Shown: in pieces, positions 19,271 through 29,887 of the stretch
Numbering within the stretch: the first letter of the stretch is position 1
Layout of the letters: every line of letters starts with the position of its first letter
Source: a virus
Taxonomy: Duplodnaviria; Caudoviricetes
Strand: one strand, 5' to 3'
Length of the DNA stretch: 57,208 nt
IMG/VR virus record: IMGVR_UViG_3300013093_000054
Span: 1 to 57,208 of that record
Position numbers and translations under genes: made by a program
Notes under the pieces: generated by a model
What the model was told of the DNA's origin: nothing
Databases searched by the model: none
What the model saw: the letters and a program-made list of their open reading frames with translations, nothing else

Positions 19271-21886
19271 ATGCCGCACGCCACATTAAAGCTAACAGGC
19301 GGCGTCGACCAAAACCGCACACCCGCCTTAAACGAGGCGGCAATTTCTGCTACAAATCTTGTTCGGTTCGTTCCAGATAAGCAGGGTTTGACGCTTGTTC
19401 AAAAGCTTGGCGGCTGGACAAAATATCCTAATGCAGCAGACGCAAAATTTCCTAGTGTTATACGCGCACTTTGGGCATGGGAAGATCTTAACGCTAAATC
19501 TTATCTTGCTGTTGGGTGCGCAACAGATCCGTTAAGTTTAGAAAGTCTTTACGTTATACCGATTGGTTCTAGCGCTGCAACAATACCTATTACACCTAAA
19601 ACAAGCACATTAAATGTTCCTTTTGCGTCTACTTGGACATACTCAATAACGACTGCGACGACTACCGGCACAACTGCAAGCGTCAATTTTACAGGTTATC
19701 ATTATTTTTCTGCAACTGAATCAATTTATATATCTGGCAATACAGTCTCAGGATATGATGGTTTTCAGCCGCAAGTTGCTTTAGATACCCTCGTTTCTCC
19801 AACATATGCCCAAGTTCAGTTCCAAATAACAGCAGGAACAGGCGCAGGCACAGGCGGAACAATTGCACCCCCTAATGGCTGCATAACAAACGCTGGCGAC
19901 CCTACTGTTACAATTAACGTATATGGATCTAATGTTAATAGTTATGATGCTGTAGACATAAGGACTCAAATTAGCGTCGGCGGTCTTATATTATTTGGAA
20001 CATATCCTTGTATTTTTTATGATATTAATGGCTTCCAAATTATAGCAAGAGACGCTTTAGGCGCTCCCCTTTCAGCTACAACTACAATCCCGGGCCCAAT
20101 AGGCGGCGGCGTATTACCTACGTTTGATATGACAGTTAATCAGGCAACGATTACTGTCACTCTTCCAGATCATGGATATGCAGTAGGAGACACGTTCCCA
20201 GTTCTTATACCTATTAATTCTGGAACAGTAATTATATATGGTAATTATGTTATTCAAAACGTTTTATCATCAAGCCAGTTTACAATAAGCAACAACACCA
20301 GCGCCACCGCTGTCACACCTCTGTCCTTTAGTGGTGACGGAACATACGCAACAGTTGAATACCCATTAAGTTATACCTTTAATATTGGCGATCAGATAGA
20401 TATTACAAATTCCGGATCAGGATATGATACAACAGCGGCAATAATTGTTAAAGTAACTACTGGCGTAAATTCAAGTTTTGCGACATATGCCAATACAACA
20501 ACAGGATCAATTGTTGTCCCAGCAAACTGCACGCTATTCAATACTTTAACATTATTAAACGGTGGAAAGGCGCAATTTGTTATTTACAGAACCCCCGCTC
20601 CGCTTCCTACCGGCGTAGGATATGGAATTGGGGGATATGGCGATGGTGGTTATGGGACAGGCGTTATTCCGCCTTATGGCGGTGGTGGAACTCAGATAAC
20701 CGTAACAGATTGGACGTTGGATAACTGGGGTGAGATATTAATTTCTTGCCCTGTTAATGGGGCAACTGGCGGACCTATTTATCAGTGGGGGCCAAATATT
20801 GGCTCAACGATCGCATCTGTCATCCCACAAGCTCCGCCCATAAATGATGGCGTGTTTGTCGCAATGCCACAGCGTCAGCTTGTTGCATGGGGTAGCACTT
20901 TTACCGGTATTCAAGATCCGCTGCTTATTCTTTGGAGCGATGTTGCAGATTTTAATTCTTGGATTCCGACGCTTACAAATCAAGCTGGTTCTTACAGAAT
21001 CCCGCGCGGCTCTCGTATTGTCTCTGCTGGTCAGGGCCCACAACAGGGTATTGTATGGACTGACATTGGCGTATGGGCCATGCAATATTCTGGTCCTCCT
21101 TACGTCTATCAATTTAACGAGATAGGAACAGGTTGCGGATTAATTTCTCGCAAAGCCGCATGTTCAATGAATGGTGTAATCTATTGGATGGGGCAGTCTC
21201 AGTTCTTTCAGATGGGTGGAACATCAATTCAACCTATTACCTGTCCGGTTTGGGACGTTATATTCCAGGATCTAGATACAACTCATTTAGATAAAATCCG
21301 CACAGCCCCAAACTCAAATTTTGGTGAGATTGCTTGGTATTATCCGTCTAAGAATAATGGCGGAGAAGTAAATAAGTATGTCAAATACAATATACTTCTA
21401 AATCAATGGGACTTTGGCACGTTGTCACGCACAGCGTGGATTAATCAGTCCGTTCTAGGACCTCCTGTTGGCGCAGGTATTACAAGCGATAATAGCTATT
21501 ACGTTTATCAGCATGAAACATCTCCCGATGCTGATGGCACTGTTATGGATTCATGGTTCCAGACTGGATACTTCATTATATCTGAAGCGGAATATAAGGT
21601 TTTTGTGGACCAGGTATGGCCAGATATGAAGTGGGGACTCTACGATGGTATTCAGAACGCGCATGTAAATATGACGTTCTATTATACAGACTATCCTGCG
21701 CCATTTAATGATCCCAAAGTTAGACAAACACAACCTTATAATATTTCTTTAAGCACGGATTACGTTACACCTCGTTTTAGAGGTAGGTTAATGTCTATCC
21801 GTCTTGAGAGTGATCCAAATGAAATTGGAACTTTCTGGCGTCTAGGTGCGATGCGCTATCGCTGGGAACAGGATGGTAAGTTCTAA
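19271..21886 (+). CDS. Tail nozzle / DNA-stabilisation protein (P22 gp10 / tubular protein B-like)
   Basis: 871 aa, beta-rich; WTLDNWGE, ILWSD..D...W.P...NQAG, EIAWYYPS and PRFRGR.MSIRLES motifs; contains an inserted low-complexity beta region. Confidence 0.65.
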   Translation: MPHATLKLTGGVDQNRTPALNEAAISATNLVRFVPDKQGLTLVQKLGGWTKYPNAADAKFPSVIRALWAWEDLNAKSYLAVGCATDPLSLESLYVIPIGSSAATIPITPKTSTLNVPFASTWTYSITTATTTGTTASVNFTGYHYFSATESIYISGNTVSGYDGFQPQVALDTLVSPTYAQVQFQITAGTGAGTGGTIAPPNGCITNAGDPTVTINVYGSNVNSYDAVDIRTQISVGGLILFGTYPCIFYDINGFQIIARDALGAPLSATTTIPGPIGGGVLPTFDMTVNQATITVTLPDHGYAVGDTFPVLIPINSGTVIIYGNYVIQNVLSSSQFTISNNTSATAVTPLSFSGDGTYATVEYPLSYTFNIGDQIDITNSGSGYDTTAAIIVKVTTGVNSSFATYANTTTGSIVVPANCTLFNTLTLLNGGKAQFVIYRTPAPLPTGVGYGIGGYGDGGYGTGVIPPYGGGGTQITVTDWTLDNWGEILISCPVNGATGGPIYQWGPNIGSTIASVIPQAPPINDGVFVAMPQRQLVAWGSTFTGIQDPLLILWSDVADFNSWIPTLTNQAGSYRIPRGSRIVSAGQGPQQGIVWTDIGVWAMQYSGPPYVYQFNEIGTGCGLISRKAACSMNGVIYWMGQSQFFQMGGTSIQPITCPVWDVIFQDLDTTHLDKIRTAPNSNFGEIAWYYPSKNNGGEVNKYVKYNILLNQWDFGTLSRTAWINQSVLGPPVGAGITSDNSYYVYQHETSPDADGTVMDSWFQTGYFIISEAEYKVFVDQVWPDMKWGLYDGIQNAHVNMTFYYTDYPAPFNDPKVRQTQPYNISLSTDYVTPRFRGRLMSIRLESDPNEIGTFWRLGAMRYRWEQDGKF

Positions 21887-22461
21887 TGGCTACTCTTGAC
21901 GATATCCTCACATGCCAAAAGAACGGCGTTGTTGCGATCAATAACTTATCTCAATCGCTTACGTCCTTTTACAATTCGTATACGTATTTATCTGGCAAGA
22001 CGACATCACCAACTGTTGCTGTTCCTACAATACTTACTCAAGGCGCTGGCAGGCTAGTCAGCTATAATACAATCGTTGCCGGTTCAGCGGGAACAATTGT
22101 CGATACTGTTGCCTATAATATCAAAAGCGCCTCGTTTGCAGCAGGCGTAGCAACAATTACCTATGCAGGTCTGAAAGCCTATGCTTTAGGTGACACCATA
22201 ACAATTGCGGGTTGTGGCGGATATGATGGAACGTTTGTTGTGACATCTCAAACGCCTCCAGCGACTATCACATATGCTATAGCTGGTCCCCTTTCGACCA
22301 TTACAAACCAGGGCGTAATATATGTTAAAAGCGCCTCTCAGGTTCTAACAGGTCTTTCTACGACAGTAGATACACATTTGGTCGGGTGCAATTTTACAAA
22401 TGGACTATTGGCGCTTCCTGGAGCTGGCCAGTCAGTCAACGTCACTTATAGCTTGAGTTAA
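21886..22461 (+). CDS. Virion structural protein (hypothetical)
   Basis: T/A/G-rich 191-aa ORF translationally coupled to the nozzle-like gene. Confidence 0.55.
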   Translation: MATLDDILTCQKNGVVAINNLSQSLTSFYNSYTYLSGKTTSPTVAVPTILTQGAGRLVSYNTIVAGSAGTIVDTVAYNIKSASFAAGVATITYAGLKAYALGDTITIAGCGGYDGTFVVTSQTPPATITYAIAGPLSTITNQGVIYVKSASQVLTGLSTTVDTHLVGCNFTNGLLALPGAGQSVNVTYSLS

Positions 22462-22469
22462 GGTGCGAT

Positions 22470-22847
22470 ATGGATGATCAAGCAAAGATGTTTGTGGGGC
22501 CCATCCATAGTGATGTGGCGGGACGGACAGACCATTTACCCTGCAATGTGCCCTCCGGTTCTTACGTCATTCCTGCGGATATAATTTCCGGTATGGGCGA
22601 GGGGAATACGATGAATGGCTTTAAAATAGCCAATCGTCTATGGGGTAAACAGAAACTTTATGGAGATGAAACGCCTACGGAAGTTGTCGTTGCTGGTGGT
22701 GAATATGTGATTTGCCCACATTCTGTTAGAGATATCGGTGGCGGAGATATAAACGAAGGCCATAATCAGCTAGATAGATTTGTTAAGTTGGCTAGGGAAG
22801 ATTTAATTAAAACTCTGAAAAATCTTCCAGGGCCGCGTCGGGACTAA
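22470..22847 (+). CDS. Conserved phage protein with duplicated G(S/E)YVI motif
   Basis: GRTDHLP..VPSGSYVIPADIISGMGEG and VAGGEYVICPHSVRDIGGG internal repeat. Confidence 0.6.
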   Translation: MDDQAKMFVGPIHSDVAGRTDHLPCNVPSGSYVIPADIISGMGEGNTMNGFKIANRLWGKQKLYGDETPTEVVVAGGEYVICPHSVRDIGGGDINEGHNQLDRFVKLAREDLIKTLKNLPGPRRD

Positions 22848-22857
22848 GGGGAAGAAC

Positions 22858-23355
22858 ATGAGTGAGGAAGTTCATGTTAGGGTAGGGACGCCACAAGATA
22901 TGGATGCTCTTATGGTGCTTTCTGATGAGGTTGCTAAAGAAAATGGCATATCTCAACCTGATTTTAATAGAGTAGCGGCTGAAATGTGGGCCGCTCTAAA
23001 TCACGATCATGGTATTGTTGGGGTTGTTGGAGAAGTTGGTAAGCCATTGGAAGCCTTCGTGCTTCTAAGAATTGGCCAAACGTGGTATTCTGAGGGAAAT
23101 ATCATTGAAGAGCGGACGGTATTTGTCAGCAAAAAGTATCGTAGCGCCAAGGGCGGCAGGGCTAGAAAATTATGTGAGTTTTCCAAAAAAGTGGCCGAGG
23201 AATTAGGGATGCCGCTTTTGATCGGAGTTTTAAGCCATCAGCAAACAGAAGCCAAAATGAGATTATACAGAAGATTATTTGGCGAACCTTCTGGGGCTTT
23301 TTGGTTATGGGGCGCTGAAACTGGTGAGTGGAGTAATCGGCTGGCTGCCGAATAA
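22858..23355 (+). CDS. GNAT-fold acetyltransferase-like protein
   Basis: VRVGTPQDM start; VFVSKKYRS.KGG.ARKL acetyl-CoA-binding-like motif; upstream of the ejection proteins. Confidence 0.6.
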   Translation: MSEEVHVRVGTPQDMDALMVLSDEVAKENGISQPDFNRVAAEMWAALNHDHGIVGVVGEVGKPLEAFVLLRIGQTWYSEGNIIEERTVFVSKKYRSAKGGRARKLCEFSKKVAEELGMPLLIGVLSHQQTEAKMRLYRRLFGEPSGAFWLWGAETGEWSNRLAAE

Positions 23356-23380
23356 TCCTTAAGGTTTTTGGAGAAGCAAT

Positions 23381-26300
23381 ATGTGTGGTGGCGGCGGCAA
23401 AGGAACTGGTGGATATAACCCAATGGGTGGCCAGTGGGGCAATTTAACGCCTCAACAGCAGCAAACCACCACAGCATCTCCGCAGGCTATTGGTTGGTAT
23501 CAAGATGCTATGGCCAAGGCTCAACAGGCCGCTGCTACTCCTTGGCAAAATTATAGCACCGATCCTGCTGCGTTTGTTGCTCAACTAAATTCGCAGCAGC
23601 AAGCTGCACAGCAAGGAATAGCCGGTCAAGCTGCCGCTACTGCCCCGTTTGCACAAATGGGTGCAGGTATGCAGGCCGCAGCTGGTTTGGGCAATGCCGC
23701 TCAGATGGCTGGCTCTTATATGAGCCCTTTTATGCAGCAGGTTGTTTCACCTGTGCAGCAGGCTCTTCAACAACAGCAGGGACAACAACTAGCTCAACAG
23801 CAAGCAGACGCTATTAGCGGCGGAGCATTTGGCGGCGAGCGCGCTGGTTTGCAACGTGCAACCCTTCAGGGCCAGCAGGAGCTGGCTATGGGTCAGGCGT
23901 TAAGCCCTCTATATCAAACTGGCTATGGTCAAGCTCTAGGCGCGGCTCAAACAGACCTGGAGCGTCAATTACAAGCTGGTCAAGGATTATCTCAAGCTGG
24001 CCTTGCGGCACAACAAGCATCGTTAGGGGCTGGCACGCTTGGGCAGCAGACTCAGCAAGCTGGCCTATCCGCTTTATATAATCAGTGGCAGCAAGCACGT
24101 ATGTATCCGTATCAGCAAGCTCAATTCCTTGCTGGTATCGCTGGCGGTCTTGGTCCTCTTATGGGCCAGCAGTCATATCAGTCTCAGGCAACAAATCCTT
24201 TCGGCATGTTCCTAGCTGATGGCGGAGCTGTTGACGAAAACCGCATGGGCGGCGCTGTTACCAATGGCGGAGACTTTGCGCGTGGTGGGTATGCAACCAG
24301 AGGCGGCGTAGATGAAGATCCTCTGGCCATCCAAGAACAAATGTATAAAGATATTGAGAAACCGGTAGAAACTTCTCTTCCTACTGGCCAGGTTCAAGCT
24401 GCTCAAGGATTAAAGCCAGCAGATTTTGCTCCTACTCCAAAACAGGAATCTGCTCTTGATAAAGCCAGCAAAGTCGCTGGTTTGGCTAAAGAAGGCATTG
24501 GCGGCCTAAAAAATGCTTATGATTGGCTTACAGGTCCTACTAAAGTTACTGGAGCGGCAGGTAGCTTGGCTGTCCCAACATACGGCGGTGGCATTCTCGG
24601 AGGACTTGGGAGCACTCTTTCAGAAATAGGCAGTGGTATTGCGTCTTTTCTTCCGTTTGCTTTGAATGAAGGCGGTGTTGTTCCACGCGATGGTTATGCC
24701 GATCGTGGCGCTGTTGAACCAGATGACAGATCCGCCGATTATATGGCGCGCACCATGCTCAAAGAAGCAGGTGGAGAAGGTCCAGAAGGAATGGAGGCTG
24801 TAGGCCATGTGATCAGCAATAGGCTTGAAGCAGGGCGTTACGGCAAAGACATACCTTCGGTTGTAACAGCTCCTAAACAATTTTCTCCTTGGAATACTGA
24901 GGCGCGTGGCACTTCAGCAGATCCTCGTTTAGTTGATACTTCAAGTAAATCATATCAAAATGCACTTGGTCTTGCTCGCAAAGTGTTGGCAGGTGAAACT
25001 GAAGACCCAACGGGCGGAGCGACTCATTTTTATAATCCTAAACTTGCCAGTCCAAAATGGGGCGCAGGTATGGAAAACGCAATTCAACTTGGTCAACATA
25101 GGTTTGGTCGTGCTGATGCTGGTGCAGATCAAGCAGGTGTAGCTGCGGCTTTAAAGAGAGCTACTCCAGAGCAGCGCAAGATGATGGCGCTTGATACGTC
25201 TGATCGTAGCGGTGTAGCCGCAGCAGCGCCAGAAAATGATAGCATATTTAAAGAGGAAAACGTTCTTCCCGCTATTTCCGGTCTTGGCGCAGCGCTTGAA
25301 GGAATGGTTACGTCTCCAACTGTTGGTCTTGGGGGAGCTCTTCTTAGAGGCGCTGGCGCTGGCATGAAAGAAGGTGTGCGGTCTGCTCTTGAGGTTCCAA
25401 AAGTTAGAGCTGAAACTCTTGAGCGTCAACATCTGGCTCAAAAGGCCCTCGAAGAGGCCAGATACAGGGCGGCTGAAATACCTAAAGTTGGCGCTGAAAT
25501 TGGCGAGATTGGTGCAAGAACAGATCAAATCAAAGGCGCAACTGAAAAACTTGCTTCTGAAACGGTTGATAGCTCGATTCAGGTTAAGGATGGCAGAACG
25601 TTTATTCGTTACGTTGATCCTAATACTGGAACATATAACTGGATGCCATTCCAGGATTATTATGCGCTTGATCCTAGCAAACGGCCAATTGTCGATCCAC
25701 GAGCCGTTCAAAAAATTATTGTATCCGATCCGTCAAGTATTGTTACAAAGCCATCTCCCACAACAGCTGAAGGGAAACCTCAAACAGAAATATCTTCTGG
25801 GGCGGCTGGTTCTGGAGTAGGTTCTGGAGCAAAGCCTCAAACTTCAATTTCTACCAATCCAGAACAAGCAACTACAGCTTTTGAAATAACCAAAAACAAG
25901 GCTGGCTGGCCTTCTGAGCGTAGAAATTCTGAACCTGACTATTTCACGCCACAAGATGAAATAGCAAAAGGCATTCAGAACCAGAAACAATTAATTGTCC
26001 CATTGGCGGGAGCTTTGGCTGCTTTGCCACAGGATAAAAGTATTCTTGCTTCCGGTAAGGCACAGGAAATATTGAGTCCGGTTGCTGGTATTTTAAATAA
26101 CATAGCTGCTGTTGCTGGCTATCCTGGTCTTATCGTTGACCCTAAATCTCTTACAAGCCAAGAAGAGGTTAACAAGCTTGTTAATCAACTTCAGCAAGCC
26201 GCTACTACAGCTTCTCAGCAACATGCTTTTGCGGCTTTTAAAGAAATGGCTCAAGGAATACCAGGAATTACCAATTCTCCTGGTGGCCAAGCAAAGCTTA

Positions 26301-26656
26301 TTGCGCAGATTCTGACAAACAATCAAAGAGAGATCGATAAAAATCATTTCTTTGCTGATTGGGCAGATAAGGCGTCTGGACCAAATAAACGATTTAGTGA
26401 ATTTGCACGTCTTTCAAGCCGTGAGGCTAATAGAGCTTTTGATGATAAATATACAAATGCCTATTACGCTGGCGATAGAGCTGAATTAGAAAAAATGTTT
26501 AATAAGAAAATACGATATAAAGAAGATGGTAAGACTGAAGAGATGAGCTACCTAACCGCCCTTGCTCAACATCCATCAATGTTCAAGCCAGAACAGCTTG
26601 ATAGAATTGAAAAAGAGCATCCAGGCGTTCTTCGTTATTTTGGCATTAACCGTTGA
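23381..26656 (+). CDS. Internal virion / DNA ejection protein with SleB-like (Hydrolase_2) peptidoglycan hydrolase domain
   Basis: MCGGGG start and Q/A/G-rich helical N-terminus; ARTMLKEAGGEG..GMEAVGHVISNR...QFSPWN...DPTGGATHFYNP...P.W...GQHRFG at about 24740-25110. Confidence 0.8.
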   Translation: MCGGGGKGTGGYNPMGGQWGNLTPQQQQTTTASPQAIGWYQDAMAKAQQAAATPWQNYSTDPAAFVAQLNSQQQAAQQGIAGQAAATAPFAQMGAGMQAAAGLGNAAQMAGSYMSPFMQQVVSPVQQALQQQQGQQLAQQQADAISGGAFGGERAGLQRATLQGQQELAMGQALSPLYQTGYGQALGAAQTDLERQLQAGQGLSQAGLAAQQASLGAGTLGQQTQQAGLSALYNQWQQARMYPYQQAQFLAGIAGGLGPLMGQQSYQSQATNPFGMFLADGGAVDENRMGGAVTNGGDFARGGYATRGGVDEDPLAIQEQMYKDIEKPVETSLPTGQVQAAQGLKPADFAPTPKQESALDKASKVAGLAKEGIGGLKNAYDWLTGPTKVTGAAGSLAVPTYGGGILGGLGSTLSEIGSGIASFLPFALNEGGVVPRDGYADRGAVEPDDRSADYMARTMLKEAGGEGPEGMEAVGHVISNRLEAGRYGKDIPSVVTAPKQFSPWNTEARGTSADPRLVDTSSKSYQNALGLARKVLAGETEDPTGGATHFYNPKLASPKWGAGMENAIQLGQHRFGRADAGADQAGVAAALKRATPEQRKMMALDTSDRSGVAAAAPENDSIFKEENVLPAISGLGAALEGMVTSPTVGLGGALLRGAGAGMKEGVRSALEVPKVRAETLERQHLAQKALEEARYRAAEIPKVGAEIGEIGARTDQIKGATEKLASETVDSSIQVKDGRTFIRYVDPNTGTYNWMPFQDYYALDPSKRPIVDPRAVQKIIVSDPSSIVTKPSPTTAEGKPQTEISSGAAGSGVGSGAKPQTSISTNPEQATTAFEITKNKAGWPSERRNSEPDYFTPQDEIAKGIQNQKQLIVPLAGALAALPQDKSILASGKAQEILSPVAGILNNIAAVAGYPGLIVDPKSLTSQEEVNKLVNQLQQAATTASQQHAFAAFKEMAQGIPGITNSPGGQAKLIAQILTNNQREIDKNHFFADWADKASGPNKRFSEFARLSSREANRAFDDKYTNAYYAGDRAELEKMFNKKIRYKEDGKTEEMSYLTALAQHPSMFKPEQLDRIEKEHPGVLRYFGINR

Positions 26657-26665
26657 GACTAAACA

Positions 26666-29053
26666 ATGGCTGGTGAATTTGAGTTTGTTGAAGAACAACC
26701 AGCAGCCGCTCCAAGCGGAGGCGGTGCTTTTGAATTTATTGAAGAGCCAGCACGCGTTCAAAGGCTTCCTGGCATAGATGTTGGGAAGACGCCTGAACAA
26801 ATTCGTATGATGCGAGGTAGAACGCCTGAACAGCAACGCGCTGTTGATGAGGCTCAGGCTAAAGAAACATACGAAAAGATGTTATTAAGCGGTAGGTCTC
26901 CAGCAGAAAAAGGCGCTTTATCTTTCCTTGGCTCTTATGGTCAAGCATTTGCACCAGGTGTATTTGAATGGGCTCCAGCCGCTGGCGCTAAATTGCTTGG
27001 TAAGGTTGGCGTTCCTGGATATGAAAGCTATGCAGAGCAGCCTGTAGAAGACATTAGGCAGAAAGCTAAAGGGATAATAGGCGGCGCTCAGGCAGAATAT
27101 CCAAAGACTTCTGCCGCTGGAACGGTCACAGGCCTGGGGGCTGGCGTAGCAGCTTTACCAGCCGTAACCAAATTGCCCGTAGTAGGAGAACTTGGAACTG
27201 TTGGTTCTGGAGCTGCTACTGGCGCTCTTTATGATGGCCTATCTGAAGGAGCCGAAAAAGGCGACTTAGGTAGTGCGCTTAGGGCGTCTATAATGGGCGG
27301 CGGATTGGGTGCAACATTAGCCCCAGTTGCCGAAAAAGCTATTTCTGGTTTGACCACTTTAGTTAAAGGCGGTCGTCCTGTCGTTGACGCTCAAGGAAAC
27401 TTGACGCAAGAAGCAATAGACATTGCGCAAAAAGCTGGCCTAACTCCAGAGCAAATAAATTATTTTGCACCTTCATTAGTTCAAACATTTGAGAAGCGCG
27501 GGTTAACTGAAGCTGCGGCGAGAGAAGCTCCATTTGCAGAATTTGGTATTGAGCCAAAACGCGGAATGGTTAGCCTTGAGCCTAAACAATTGGCGAGAGA
27601 AGAAAAATTTGGTGAATATGAACCAATCGCGGCTCAAGCAACAGCAGAGGCTGAAAGGGCGTTTGGAGCACCTGTTCCGTTAAGAGACGCCGTAGAGCAA
27701 GCTGTGGCCAAGGGGCAATCTGAGGCGGCTAAGTTAAAGTCTGATTATGAGCAGGCTTATAAAACGGCTGCAAGTGTTCCTGGTAAATTTAGCCGGGAGA
27801 CACTAACGAGCGTTGGCGATAAGCTTTTAGGTAATTTGGCAAAAGATGAAAAAGCTCTTGCTTTCCGTAATAGCGATGTCGTCCAAAGCGCCGCTAAAAA
27901 GCTTAACGAAACTCTTGGCCAAGCCTTACCGACTGGCCCAGAAGTTGGCGCTCCACGTATTGTTCATCAAACTTTTGGCGCTGTTGAAGAAGCTAGAAAG
28001 ACACTTAACCAAGCTTTTGGCGCGGCTAAAGATAAAACAGATCGTGCTGGTGTCCGTCGATTGATCAACGATTTTGACCAATATGTTGAAGACTCCATTA
28101 GCAACGGCGCTTTTTCTGGCGATAAAAATGTTGTCCAACAATGGCGTGATGCTCGTAAATTGTTTTCTAAGTATCAAGACAAATACGGCGTAAAGAAAAC
28201 AGGCGAAGAGTCTGGTATGCTTTTAAAGCAAATTATGGACGGAACAAAAAGCCCTGAAGACGTCGGCAATATGATGTTTAACTTTGCCAGCACAGGTGAG
28301 GCAAAAGCAAAAGCATCTGCTCTTAAAACATATTTTCAACTGCAAAGAGCGCTTGGACCTAATGCTCCAGAATTGCAACAGGTCACAAGATCTTTTTTAC
28401 AGCAGCTTGTAACGCCAACTATTAAGGCTGGAGAGGCAGTATCTCCAAAAACATTTACTGCTACAGCTAATCAAATAGATAATTTTCTTAGCGGCAATCA
28501 AGCCAGCTTTGCCAGAAGACTTTTAGCCCCAGATGATATTAAATATTTAAAAGAATACGCCAATGTGATGAGGGCAGCTGGAACTAAGGCTCCTAAAGAT
28601 GTTCAGCCAACATTAGGTGCTTTTGGCCAAGCGGCAGCGGCTTCAGCTCCGTTGGTTTTAGAAGCTACTGCTGCCGCTTTAGGCCATATACATCCAGGTT
28701 GGGCCGCATTAATTGCTGCTCCCACTGCTCTTTCATCAAGGTTTAGCGCCGTTAAAGGTAGCGAATGGCTGGCCCGAAGAGCTGCAAATCTTGCTCCTGA
28801 ATCAGTTGGCAGACCTTATGAGACACCTGGTATCAGAACTGGAATACCTCTTTTGGAACAGGCGGCGTTAAGAGATCAAGAGAGACAACCAAGGGCCACA
28901 GGCGGCAAAACCGGTCGCGTCTACACCGCAGAGCAAATGCTTTCAAGATCAAAGGTTGCTAGAAAAGCGATTGGCGATCAGACTAAATCAATCTTAGAAC
29001 AGCCAGATGAGCGCGTTGTTAGTGCTCTTAAAGCTGTAAGTGATCACATATAA
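26666..29053 (+). CDS. Probable internal virion / ejection protein
   Basis: 795 aa, helical and A/G-rich with hydrophobic GxxxG segments; follows the hydrolase-bearing ejection protein. Confidence 0.6.
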   Translation: MAGEFEFVEEQPAAAPSGGGAFEFIEEPARVQRLPGIDVGKTPEQIRMMRGRTPEQQRAVDEAQAKETYEKMLLSGRSPAEKGALSFLGSYGQAFAPGVFEWAPAAGAKLLGKVGVPGYESYAEQPVEDIRQKAKGIIGGAQAEYPKTSAAGTVTGLGAGVAALPAVTKLPVVGELGTVGSGAATGALYDGLSEGAEKGDLGSALRASIMGGGLGATLAPVAEKAISGLTTLVKGGRPVVDAQGNLTQEAIDIAQKAGLTPEQINYFAPSLVQTFEKRGLTEAAAREAPFAEFGIEPKRGMVSLEPKQLAREEKFGEYEPIAAQATAEAERAFGAPVPLRDAVEQAVAKGQSEAAKLKSDYEQAYKTAASVPGKFSRETLTSVGDKLLGNLAKDEKALAFRNSDVVQSAAKKLNETLGQALPTGPEVGAPRIVHQTFGAVEEARKTLNQAFGAAKDKTDRAGVRRLINDFDQYVEDSISNGAFSGDKNVVQQWRDARKLFSKYQDKYGVKKTGEESGMLLKQIMDGTKSPEDVGNMMFNFASTGEAKAKASALKTYFQLQRALGPNAPELQQVTRSFLQQLVTPTIKAGEAVSPKTFTATANQIDNFLSGNQASFARRLLAPDDIKYLKEYANVMRAAGTKAPKDVQPTLGAFGQAAAASAPLVLEATAAALGHIHPGWAALIAAPTALSSRFSAVKGSEWLARRAANLAPESVGRPYETPGIRTGIPLLEQAALRDQERQPRATGGKTGRVYTAEQMLSRSKVARKAIGDQTKSILEQPDERVVSALKAVSDHI

Positions 29054-29065
29054 GAGGACGTTTTA

Positions 29066-29887
29066 ATGGCTAACAATCCATCACCAAATAAGCTTCTTGA
29101 TCGTCCAGACAAAGGTGATTTGGATTGGTCAACGCCGCTTAATTATAACTTTACGGATCTTGATAGCATCCTTGGCGCGACAGTCCAGCCAGTTAACGTC
29201 GCCAATGTTTATACGTTGAGTAGCACGGACATACAAAACTCACGCATTAACGTAACTGGCACAATTACGGCTGATGCTAATGTTACAATTCCAGCTACAT
29301 TTGGCGGTTATTGGATTGTTTCAAATAACACGACTGGCGCTTTTAATGTTCGCGTTAAAGTATTGACTGGCGCAAATCTCGTTACGGTTCCTCAAGGATT
29401 TTCAACGATCGTCTTTAGCAACGGCACAGAGGCATACGACGCTTTAAGTAGCAAGCTAAATGTCACGGGTGGAACGGTATCGGGCAATCTTTCTCTTGGC
29501 GGCGTCCTGAATGTTGGAACAGGTAAGTTGGTATTTGATCCTACATCAACTTCTCCTGTTTTAAACGTTTCTGGTAATATCGTAGCTTCTGGAAATGTTA
29601 CAGCTTTTGGAACAATCCCTTCCGACGAAAGATTAAAAGAAGACGTCAGAACGCTTGAAGATTCTCTGGATATTATTAAGCGATTGCGTGGGGTTAGCTT
29701 TATCTTAAAAAATACCAAGAAGCCATCTCTTGGTCTTATCGCGCAAGAAGTTCAAGAAGTTTTGCCATCTCTTGTATATCAGGGCCCAGATGAGATGTTG
29801 AGTGTTGCATACGCCAACATGGTCGGTGTTCTCATTGAAGCTGTTAAAGAGTTGTCCGATCGTGTCGAACAATTAGAGAAGAAATAA
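29066..29887 (+). CDS. Tail fibre protein with C-terminal intramolecular chaperone (S74-like)
   Basis: GNVTAF..PSDERLKEDV...LRGVSF...GLIAQEVQEVLP.LV...LIEAVKEL. Confidence 0.85.
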   Translation: MANNPSPNKLLDRPDKGDLDWSTPLNYNFTDLDSILGATVQPVNVANVYTLSSTDIQNSRINVTGTITADANVTIPATFGGYWIVSNNTTGAFNVRVKVLTGANLVTVPQGFSTIVFSNGTEAYDALSSKLNVTGGTVSGNLSLGGVLNVGTGKLVFDPTSTSPVLNVSGNIVASGNVTAFGTIPSDERLKEDVRTLEDSLDIIKRLRGVSFILKNTKKPSLGLIAQEVQEVLPSLVYQGPDEMLSVAYANMVGVLIEAVKELSDRVEQLEKK

